Position numbers and translations under genes: made by a program | Assembly (NCBI GenBank): GCA_001687465.1 | Contig: LVLI01000044.1 | Span: 1-32,291, forward strand | Direction: 5' to 3' | Length of the DNA: 32,291 nucleotides | From: Halocafeteria seosinensis | Taxonomy: Eukaryota | Notes under the pieces: model-generated | Told to the model about the DNA's origin: nothing | The model's database searches: none | Seen by the model: the letters and a program-made list of their open reading frames with translations, nothing else | Shown here: piece by piece, positions 1 to 10,162 of the stretch | Numbering within the stretch: position 1 is the first letter of the stretch | How the letters are laid out: every line of letters starts with the position of its first letter

Positions 1-171
1 CTCCTCCCCCGATGCCTCCTGAGCTTAACCAGTGCTGTGTTCCCCCACGGCGCATGTCAGCAAGGCTGCAGGAACAGCGGGCCCGTCGCTGCTTAACACG
101 GGCGCTTACCGCTCCTCGTTAAGAGGATGTGGTCAACTTCCCGGCCGGCGGGCTATCTGTCACATTTGTGT

Positions 172-360
172 GTGTGAGTGTATCAGGGTCCTGTGGTTCC
201 AACCTCAACGCTTTGTCCATACTCTCTCTGGCAAGACCCAATTTCCCTCGAAGTCGTTGTACTTCCGCTTTCTTTAAAAAAAGAATCTTTTTCCATTGGA
301 AGCCGTATGGCTTCATCATACTCTGATATGGCGTCTACAAGTTTGTACTGTTTCTGCTTA
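172..360 (-). pseudogene. TPR-repeat gene fragment (frameshifted)
   Basis: The minus strand reads KQKQYKLVDAISEYDEAIRLP in one frame and KAEVQRLRGKLGLARESMDKALRLEPQDPDTL in another. Both look like TPR helix pairs (A..Y..A.RL.P pattern). The frame changes near the A7 run at ~276-282, so this is either decay or a homopolymer error. Confidence 0.4.
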
Positions 361-3294
361 CAGCTAGCATTGACGCAGGCCCATTACGGTTCCACACCTT
401 TGCCCATGGTACTCCGAGGATACCTTGGCCTCGCCGTACAGTACCAACAGTATCTCACTTTACTGTACAACATGTTTAGTACTTTACTTTACATGTTTAG
501 TAGCTAAGATTCGAAGATTGCTGGTGTATCAGTGGTCGGGGTTGCTCCCATACCACGCCGATTGGGGAAAGCGTCGGGATAGAGGTCTTCCTTGATATTT
601 CGACGAAGACGCTTTGGTCAGTGCCCAGTTCCGGCTAATTGTGGCTTCCTTCGGAGTACTGGACAGTCTGGGCTTTCGCTAACGCTTTACTAGACAAGAT
701 ATCTCCCAAAGGCAATCCCTCCTTCAAGGGTGGGTGCGTCGACTACCGTACAACGTGGCGTGTATGTGTGTCTCGTTTATCTTGTTTTTCTCCCCGGATC
801 ATCTTCATTATGACTTCCACACTGGTACCCTCTGGTACTACCAAACGAAGCGTGACGAAGGCCAATCAATGTCAGCGGGCGGATCTACTACCAAACAATC
901 ATTCCGTCGACATGAATCATGATTGATGGTCTACAGTATCTACCCCCCGCGTTGGCGTTGCCATTCATCACGTAGGGTTGAGAGACAGATGATGTGGGGA
1001 AGCAGTAGGAACCAGGGAGATGGCCTACTTCCTTCCTGGCGTCGCCGGATGGAGCTACCAATCTTCCCGGCTAGCTGGCTTGTGGTGGGGGACCTTCACA
1101 ACATGGTGATGGGTGCTCGACAATGCACAAGAATACTGTCCTGTCCTGTAGACCGAATGGGGTGGTTGAACCGATGCAATCCAGGCATGCAACAACAAAA
1201 AAGACGTACGGTATTGGCTGGCTAGACAATTACAGTACAATACAGCCTGAGAAATCCGTCTGGTCGGTCTCCCAAGTAAGAATACACTGTACGGTATGTA
1301 CAGTATTCAACTCCCTTCTTGGAAGGACTGTACTTGTACAAATACTCTATTCCGGGTCTTTAGATCTCCATTGTGGCCTGCAAGCAATTTGGATGGGGGC
1401 TGTGCTGGTGGTGAGGTGAGCATCCCATCAAAGGTGTTTACATCGAACCATGAACCATGATGAACGGACCGATTCATGCACTGGCTCGGTGATATGGTAT
1501 CTGTGATGGAAGGGGGTAGGACAGTTGGCGAGATACCTACACGTGTCCGTGTTGCGAAGCACACTTTTTTTTTGAGGTGAGAACATGACACGTGGAAAGG
1601 GAGAAGATTTGTCCTTGCAGGATGTGTGGATGCATATTATGTAAAAGAGTTCCGTGAAAAAATGCCAGAAGAAGCTGAACATGTACAGTATTGCAGAGAT
1701 TGGAAGATAGGGCGAATGTCAATTTTGCATTAGATATCCGGGGTGTTGGTGTCATTGATCCGGACGAGCAATCTACCATCTAATCAAGTCAATGTTCTGG
1801 ACTTTCTCATGGCGGTTGTTCAATGCAGAAGAACGGGACTCATGGGAGACAGAGCCCCGCGGTTAGTTCGAAGTGAATGATTTTGACAGAATCTCTAAGC
1901 CCAACCCAGGAAGCGATACGTTAGAGTCTCCCAGAAAGCACCCAAACGAATACACTGCAGTATTCGTCAGTCAACTTGCCAAACGATCACATTACGGAAC
2001 ATGTTCTTCAACGCCACCTATTCTCTGTGCGGCTTACCATACAGAGATGTACGGGAATCAAGTCATGACGTCTTTTATTGATGACGGTGACGATTCTGAC
2101 GCTACGACTTTTCTTCCTGTCAAGGACTCAATCTTGGCTGCCGAGAAAAGAAAAAATGATTTGGGTTTTACAGTTGATAGATTCCCAGGAACCTACTCGT
2201 TTTAGAATGTGCGTCTATACCGTGGTATGACTGAGAGGAAGAGCTTCGTAAGCAGCACAACTTGGACGGGCGAGGGTGGAAGCCCTCGGAGTAAGCAGAA
2301 AGAGCTATACCCGGCGAATAGAATCTCTCACTGCCAAGAGTGCAAGAATCCCCGTTAGGTGTCTTCATAATTAGATGCGAGATGTCGCGGGCTCCGTAAT
2401 TGGGAAGGCTGTGGTTCTTGACGGTGAAACGGGCAATGGGACAACGGGGCAACGTCAATGATCGACAGCGCCAATGTAGATGGCCTCGAACGGCTGATGA
2501 GGTTACTTGGATTTGTTCCCGCAGGACTCATTAAAGCTGTATTGGAGGAAAGAGTTGGGTAAGCACGTCAGCTCGCAAACGCGGCACCGCAGAGTCTGCG
2601 GCGCAGAGACTGCCTCTAGCACTAGAGGTACGTTATCCGCAACGGCAGCAAGTCAACCACAGATGGCTTGGGAGCTCCTATCGTAGAGTATTCCGAATTC
2701 GAAGAAAAAGTCAGGTCGCGCAATGACAGGTGAAACATCCGCCGAGGGATGAACCTTAAGTCGAACCAGAAAGATGGATCCGTACAGAAGAGAAGTCCCA
2801 ATTGCTGTTTTCCCTCCGCTTCTACATAGGCAGAATCCTATCAGACCAGATAAACATGGACGAGTGAATTGTTAAACGCTACAGTACGCCTTGCAATCGT
2901 TCTGCTGGAAACTTCAACCGGAGTTACTCGAGGATGAGGCTACATCTGTACAATTGACGTTTCCCCCGTGGCTTTTTTAATTCGCAGAATTATTTGCATC
3001 ACTCCAAAAATAAGCCGTGGACAAAGGGAGGGTTGGACGCTACAGTATGCAACTACTGAGTCTAACGAAGTCGAGCTTCATGTGCTTCCCAGATAAGTTG
3101 AAAGGCTCAGTGCGGATGAGCTTGTATCATATTGCATTAAATAAGAGTCAGAACTGCTGTCGGGTACATACTTAATTTAGGTAAGATTGTTAAGATTCGA
3201 GTCCCGCTACTGCAACAAATATCACTCATTAACTGTATTTAGCTCGCCTCCACATTTCTTTGATTCATTCCTTGAAAGGCTTTGCTAAACATCT

Positions 3295-4860
3295 TCAGCC
3301 TTTGACCGTGCGCTTGGGTTTTTGAGCAGGCAGTACAATGACCTTGTCAGGCTGATTGCTTGGTTTACTCGCAACCGAAGAGTAATTTGTTTCAGAAATT
3401 GTCGGCATGGAGCTTCGTGTTGGAGTCAAGCTCGACGATGACGTTCCTGACAATGACGATGGCGTGGCAGTCGCAGAGGATGTTAAACTGCTTGAAGGAG
3501 TCTCCGAGCTTGTCGTTGTCGGTAATGGCGTCCACGTGGGTGTTGGAGCAGGGGATGACGGTACCAATTGAAAGCGTAGAATTGGCAGCAGATTCTCTTC
3601 TTCTTCGTCGTCACTTGATCCTCTATTTAAAGCCCATACGTCCTCGGACCACTCTCCCGGCTGATATAGTTGTCCCTGTATATCGGTTAAATCATCTGAA
3701 TTGTTTGTCTCTGCAAGATTGCCGCCATCATCCACTCCGACGATCGACGCTGCTCCTTCACTGCCATTGTATACCGAATATTTCACGTGGATTGTACCAC
3801 TTGCACCACTCTCTATTTGTCCTATAATTCCACCAGCATCCGTTCCAGTGACTGTACCTGATGCATATGTATTTGTGATGTAGACATCACCTGTGGCTTG
3901 GCCAAATGCTGATTGCCCTCCTGTGTTTCCACCTGTAATACCTCCTGTTTGGGTGCCAGTAATATCTCCTCGTGTATAACAATCTGTGATATGTACTTCA
4001 CCCCCATCGTCTGCTGTATCTCCTCCACTCATTCCTCCACTATGATCTGCAGATATTTGTCCCATACTATAACATTTCCTGATATACACGAATCCATTGG
4101 TATGACCAGCATTACGACCCACAATACCACCACTGTGTTGACCATTAGAAATGATATCTCCTGTGGAATAGGAACGCGTTATATACACTTGACCATTCGT
4201 CCAACCAGCACCATCCCCACAAATACCACCGGCTTGTTGTCCTTCGATAGTCCCAGTAGAATAGCAATCCGTGATATTGACAATCCCATGATTGTATCCT
4301 ACTTGGTCCCCTGCAATACCACCTGCCTCACCACCCACTATCCTCCCTGTCGAATACGAATTCGATATCTTGATTTGACCATGATCAAGACCACTTTGCC
4401 GACCACATATACCGCCATCTTGGCTACCAACAATATCTCCTGATGAAGTACATGAGTCTATGATAAAGAATTTCTGCTCTCGTCGGACAATGAATCCACC
4501 TCTATATGCAGTTTTCCCATTCCTAACATCAAGATTCCGAATCAACGGAGCTTGATCAAACGATCCAACACTACCCAGTATAGTAAACAATCCTTCGAAA
4601 TCTATTATTCGGTTCAGATCTATAAAGTTCCCATTTTGCCGACCACCATCAAAGACCTCATTCGAATCCAAGGAGATGTAGTCTTGATTCGAATAGCCAT
4701 GATCTACCCAAGCCAACACACTGCAATTCATTTCAAATTGGTTTTCATTCGCATTATAATAAAAGCAGGATTCGTCACCATTTAGAATCGCAGGTCGTAA
4801 ATCTGTTGCTGCTACTACCTCGTTCAAAAGAATGCAACCGAAAAACAATGTCACCAACAT
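3295..4860 (-). CDS. Secreted GLUG-motif / beta-helix repeat protein with C-terminal Ser/Thr/Pro-rich stalk
   Basis: 3' part of the 862-aa ORF. It has a signal-peptide-like start MLVTLFFGCILLNEVVAA (ATG at 4860; alternative ATG at 4944), about 7 repeats of the form GGIxG...I.xCYSTGxI, and a S/T-rich tail (PTPTWTPLPTTTSSETPSSSLTSS) with a basic end. Confidence 0.8.
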   Translation of the reverse strand: MLVTLFFGCILLNEVVAATDLRPAILNGDESCFYYNANENQFEMNCSVLAWVDHGYSNQDYISLDSNEVFDGGRQNGNFIDLNRIIDFEGLFTILGSVGSFDQAPLIRNLDVRNGKTAYRGGFIVRREQKFFIIDSCTSSGDIVGSQDGGICGRQSGLDHGQIKISNSYSTGRIVGGEAGGIAGDQVGYNHGIVNITDCYSTGTIEGQQAGGICGDGAGWTNGQVYITRSYSTGDIISNGQHSGGIVGRNAGHTNGFVYIRKCYSMGQISADHSGGMSGGDTADDGGEVHITDCYTRGDITGTQTGGITGGNTGGQSAFGQATGDVYITNTYASGTVTGTDAGGIIGQIESGASGTIHVKYSVYNGSEGAASIVGVDDGGNLAETNNSDDLTDIQGQLYQPGEWSEDVWALNRGSSDDEEEENLLPILRFQLVPSSPAPTPTWTPLPTTTSSETPSSSLTSSATATPSSLSGTSSSSLTPTRSSMPTISETNYSSVASKPSNQPDKVIVLPAQKPKRTVKG

Positions 4861-5883
4861 AACCGTCGTGAGTGACGAAATATGACTACTCGTACTTTGC
4901 AGTCCGTAAGCCAGAGACCCCTTTCCATGCGCTAGGAGTTTCATTCTCCTATAACCCGATGGCCACGTCAGTGTCTTTGTTGGAAATATATATCGCCAGG
5001 GAGAAGCCTTTTCCAATGAGTTGCTGGCTGGGGAAAAATCTTCATCTCCTGGAGTTGTAAACTTCCAACTCAATGCTTGTAAAACCTGGACGGATGCGAT
5101 TAGTAGGTTCAATACAACGAGCAGTGATGCCTCCTTTGGGACAGTCAAGGTGTGGAATCCAAGGTGTGTCATGTGACCACAAAAGCGAACTATCTCTCGG
5201 ACACTACGGAGTGGATTCATATCGCTCGCTACAGTGCTGGCAGGCGTTAAAGCAGCACCTTCTCGTTTGCTCTTAACTAGCTTGTTCCACCGATGAACAT
5301 AGTCGGTCGTTGGGTAATGAAATCTTGGATAAACGTCATTTTTCAGGTCGAGGTGTGTGTTCGTCTCAGACGTGAAAAACCCATTGGAATGACCCATGAA
5401 CTTCATGTCACTGGTACTCTCCCGCACCACGTTAATCGCTGCAACAAGATGCTTCATTGCAACTGGACCATCCGGGAGAGTTATACTTAGACACTGCAAC
5501 CTTCTTCCCGTATTTCCAAGTATGTAGTAGTCACAAGATAATATCTTGTGGGTTCTTCCTCCTCGTGACCACGCGCCAAACTGAACCAGCATCGGACGAC
5601 AAGGGACATGGGTGCTACGAACCGAATAAGATGACGGCACGATACGAGCAAAGGAGGCAAAGCGACGCAACCTCTGACGAGATCCATGAGCCGCTAGGAA
5701 AGTACCACACTGAGAAGAGAATCCTGGTACGCGATGCGTTACCGATATGCGTGGCTCACTGGGTTGCTTTGGCTCCTTGTCGGAGACCAAGCAAGGATGG
5801 ACAGCAACGAAAGCAACCCCAATCAACGTCAGCGCCCATTGCAAGGTGAGCAAAGATGATATACGCTTTGTGGGTCGTGCCAT
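4861..5883 (-). other. Open in-frame 5' extension of the GLUG ORF; possibly a separate or partly intronic gene
   Basis: About 340 stop-free codons with their own hydrophobic N-terminal segment (LLTLQWALTLIGVAFVAV) but no recognisable domain. A second signal-like peptide occurs at 4860. Confidence 0.25.
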
Positions 5884-6859
5884 GGTTACAGTACAGTATT
5901 AGGTTGGGAAAAGGGGATGAATCACGCGCTACGTTTCGTTGCCCTTGTTCTTTCTGCCTCAAGTAGTACCGGTAGAGTAGAGTAGTAGTTGTCCGACACC
6001 TTGGTTTGGCTTTGGGAGAAAACCTCAGTTTAATTAACGAGCACCTGTTCCGGTCTCTGGTTTGTTCGTCAATATTGTACTCTACACCACTTCTGTATAA
6101 AAGACCCGCTTTTATTCTTGTTTGAGACGCGAAAGAAGCAGTCAGCAGCTCCTGTAGCTGTATAGAGTAGGGGAAATCTCCTACGCTCTCAACTCGAGAC
6201 GACGATACGTATTGCTACGCTACGTAAACATGGGAATCGTAGAGCGGGACACGGTTCCAAATTAGTGTATTTGTGAATATTTCCAAATAATCTAGTTCAA
6301 CTTCAACATCACACCATTGCTCAAACAATTTCAACACATTCATGAAGTTATGCAATTGCGTTGTTGCAACCGTTGCTCACTTTAACCAAACAGGTGCGAA
6401 CCGCTTCTATACAGTTTACCGGGTTGAATAGCGCTATATCAGCCGAAATATGCAAGCCATGAAGGTAGCAAAGGTAGGAATTTTTTGGAATCATTTGCAA
6501 CCTTACCAACGGACACTGGTATCCTAAATCAAAGATACAGGAAGGGGAATTCACCCCTGATGAGCCCTAAGGATGCATAGGAGTCTGTTGGGAAACTAAA
6601 GCGAGCGGTGAAACGTGATGATGACAGCCAGGAGTAAGGGCGCTGAAAGCTCCCCGTGAAAGCAAACCAGAAGCGCCCGATCTAGAAGCCTTAGGAGGGT
6701 TTGCTAGAAGAGTCTTAGGAAGGACTGATTCTGTTGACGACATAAGACGCAAGTCTGTTTCCTGCAGCTTGCGCTACGGATGTGCAAGGACCGGGCCTAT
6801 AGCCGTGGTGGTGTACAGCCGTATCGTCGGCAGAAAGCCAGCATTGTACACGTAGCACG

Positions 6860-7600
6860 AAGCCCGACAAGTGCAAAATCGAACAGCGCTATGTACATAC
6901 TTTGATATCTGATGAGCATACCGTAGCATGCCTTCGAGTGGAGACCAGGGAGCGGGCAATGGAGCCAGACGAGGCTGTAAAACAAGATGTTAGAACTGGT
7001 TCTCGTAAAAACTGCAAATTTCAAGTGACATTCATTTTCGAATTCAAGCGATAACCTTTGGTCAATCTTCGACGATTGCGTCTCCTATACTGCAACTTGT
7101 GGTGGGCCTTTTTGAGGACAATGGCTTTCGTATAATCTTCACGGATGATGCGAAAGGCTTCCGGAAAGCCGTTCGAAGATCGCTACCTCGGACGCACCAT
7201 AGAGGCTGTGGCTTCCACATGTTCCAAACGTAGTGGGATTGGCTCCGTCATTTCAAGGATAAGGCGAAGATAGTGAGAGCCAAAACTCTGCTCTGGGAAT
7301 CAATAACCTCCATAGATCTCCAAGTTAATGACGAACATTGGGAAGCACTCTATGCCCTCTGCAAAGAAAACTTGGCGAGGGAACATTGGTCATTTCTGCA
7401 TTCCTACGGCAGAAATCGTCATTGTATTGGTCCTTTAAGAGGCTTCCCCGACAGGTCTTTGTGGGAAGCTCCTTTGCGAATAGTGTGACTGGATCAGCAA
7501 GCAACATGGTCAAGCGCCAAGGGATTTGTAAAGCACGAGCTTTGTTCCCTCAGGGCGCCTGCAGTTACCGTATGAACACTTCGATGACGTTATAGGAATT
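6860..7600 (+). mobile_element. Degenerate Mutator-like (MULE) DDE transposase remnant
   Basis: 7132-7230 translates IIFTDDAKGFRKAVRRSLPRTHHRGCGFHMFQT*, matching the MULE D...A.....P.....CxxH signature. The same frame continues after the TAG at 7231 (ORF 7273..7488). RQVFVGSSFANSVTGSASNMVKR resembles a decayed TNNxxESxNxxxK motif, and upstream RTGSRKNCKFQVTF resembles the FAR1/WRKY-GCM1-type N-terminal domain. Stops and frameshifts are present; no TIRs were found. Confidence 0.6.
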
Positions 7601-7634
7601 GAAGAGATAATGCTAGAGTGTTCATAAAAGGACA

Positions 7635-8785
7635 TTGACGCAGTTGGCATATATCCAAACGGATTCAAAGCTGCACCCCTTCTATGTCGTACTGAATTCA
7701 ATCGTGTATGATTACTTCATCGCAGCGATGAGTCTGCGGTCGGGTGATGTTGCTATCGACACAAACAGCAAGAAGAAATCGATGGTTACCTATTTACTGA
7801 ATGCATGGCTTCAAAATGTTCCAATTGCAAGCCAGATTAGTGGCGCATTGCATGTTGTGATGAAAAGTTATGTGAACTTGGATGTCACTCAGGCTATGAA
7901 CAACTTGCTATCAGTGGCACCCACTCACACCGAAATTATGCGGCTAGTCGAGCATGTGACGCGGAGTATTACGTTGGGATTGAAAAATCACATTGATGCA
8001 CTGGATCCCACAAAAAACCTCGGGATATTTGGCGACGAATCCGTGATCGCATCATGTCGGATCTACCCGCGAATGTATATGAGGAAGAAGGACTTGCTTG
8101 TGGAATGTCAATTGTAAAAGTATGTATGCGAGGGGATATAGGTCCAGAAGGCTTTACGGCGATGCAGTTATTAAACTCGCTGGACTATGACCGGCATTTA
8201 ATCCACCAAGCTCTTGCACGATACCGCTATGAAGCCGTTGGTTCCGACAATGTAGGAAGCGGGAGTACATCTGCCAAGTCTCTTAGTGACGGCCGAGGGC
8301 AAGTAGCCGATTCAAGCGAAAGACTTGAACGTCTTGAACAGAAGCTTAATTTAATGGAGAAGGGACATGCTCCAAAACATTAATTGGATGCGCTCAGAGG
8401 GGAACTTGACGTTCTGCTTGCAGAAGCAAGAAGCGCGAAAGAGATGGCTGAGAAGAATCAAAACAATGGTGTGAATATTGTTGGGGGGTCAAGCGCTCAG
8501 CAGCAACTCCCAGCCCCGGAAGGCTCAGACGGTCAGTTTGCTCAGGCAGAAAGGATGGAAAGGTTTGAAAAGCATTTGGAGGAAGTGACACATCAGCTCC
8601 GCGATGTGACGGAGATTGCGCATGCTAATCAGGAGAATATCGGAGAGAACGCCCGGAGCGGAGTCTCAGAGTCGGTCTCTGATTCCCGCAATGTAACAGC
8701 AGTCTCTTCTTCTACCGCAGCACGTTCAATGGATCAGTTTGATCGGTTCAACTTTCCTTTCGATATGACCGTTCGAACCGGTTAG
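7635..8785 (+). pseudogene. Disrupted gene for a helical/coiled-coil protein of unknown family
   Basis: Three consecutive protein-like ORFs: 7635..8117, a frameshift into 8054..8383, then a single TAA followed in the same frame by 8384..8785. Heptad-like segments include ERLERLEQKLNLME and ERMERFEKHLEEVTHQL. Confidence 0.45.
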
Positions 8786-8849
8786 ATGAACAAACTACCT
8801 TGATAAACGCACGGAGAGGCCCTGCCACATCGCCAACTTCCTGACCGGC

Positions 8850-9780
8850 GGGCTTCTGTCAGGAGGTATTGTGGGTTTCTCTGAATACAACATGATTGAC
8901 GAATTCGCTGGTGGTGGATCGTATTCCACCGAGGAATTTAATTTTTTTGGAGACAGAAGTAGAGGAATCCTGAATGCGTTGGCAGGTTCTAAGGTAGGAT
9001 TCGTTGGGATAAGGGAGTGTTATTCCGCCGGCAATATTAAGGGGACGCAAAGCGGTGAAATTACAGGTATACAGGTTTAGATACAGCTACCGACGGCGGA
9101 TGAGTCCGTATTGAGGACTGTTACAGTATTGGAATGATTATGGGCCGAGCAGCGGGGGGAAGTGTGTACAGAGCAGAGGAGGTATCGGGGATGGTACTCA
9201 GGGCATGGTTGTCCCTCTGAGGACGTTGAGGAATTTACCGCCGGCGATTTTATTGGAGGGATAAATAGAGAAGTGTCAGAGAATGTATATTACATTCACG
9301 TGGAATATTTCGTCTGCGATGAACAGCTTGCCATATGGTAGGCACCGAGTCTGTCGACGTTGACGAAGGGAGCTCTGGTGACTTATCTACGAACAACGGT
9401 CAACTCTCCGATGGTTCGAGCAGATTTGAGCTACGGCGGATCCAAACGAATTCTCTGTCTTACAGTTTCATCTGCATCCTCCACTACCAGTGGTAAAGAC
9501 AACGACCCGCATGGCCACAAGCAACACCATTCTCGCAAGAAGTCCCAGCTCCACGTCCACTACTACTCCACAGAGCGCTACACTAACAACCAGTTCGACT
9601 CCTACCCCCTCGGGAAGTTTGACGAGGACTCGAAGTCCTACATCGAGTCCAACTGGTACACCAATTCTGACGAGGGTGCGAAAGTGCTACACGAGCAGGC
9701 ACAAGATTGTCCTCTGCAAGTCAGCTAGGAGGCTACTCAGATGCTTCCAGAAATCCAGCGGCAACCAGCACTTCCTCTGA
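8850..9780 (+). pseudogene. Degraded paralogue of the GLUG-repeat/stalk gene, in inverted orientation
   Basis: Fragments occur in the same order as in 3295..4860: SYSTEEF, GFVGIRECYSAGNIKGTQSGEITG (vs GFVYIRKCYSMGQISADHSGGMSG), EDCYSIG (vs TDCYTRG), IHVEYFV (vs IHVKYSV), SVLQFHLHP (vs PILRFQLVP), then a S/T-rich stalk and KIVL (vs KVIVL). Multiple stops and frameshifts. Confidence 0.65.
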
Positions 9781-10162
9781 GACAGATACACACCGGGAAA
9801 CCTCTGGTTCTGTAGAAACTCAGCATCCTGCTATGTCACGTTTGCCTCCGACAAAAAACAACGGGAAAAGAGTTCCAAATCTTCCGTGTCTTCGTTCAAA
9901 AGGCTTTACTCATGTGTCGGAAAACGATTGAAAGCTTGAGATCTATATTACCGGTGGGATGTGGAAGGTACTTGTCAGTGGTTGCCGTGTAGCAGCTACT
10001 TTACCCAGAAACTAGATAAAGCCAGATATTATCCAAAGTTGCCAGGAAACAGGTACACCGCATGGGATGAAATTACGATTACCCACTGTCTTATTTCGAC
10101 GTTCATTATTCTGGTCAATGAATGGGCAGAAACTACGAATCGTATAAGGGCGGTACACGCTT

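Noticed and set aside
1090..1420. Possible decayed NB-ARC motifs (WVLDNAQEY; GAVLVVR)
   Set aside because: No convincing Walker A, many stops, and the motifs are too short to support a call.
2587..2628. Helitron 3' end (hairpin + CTAG)
   Set aside because: Neither CTAG is followed by the expected T target base, and no Rep/helicase remnant was recognised.
600..3290. Scattered 60-110-aa ORFs
   Set aside because: No recognisable motifs or consistent splice model; probably decayed or non-coding sequence.
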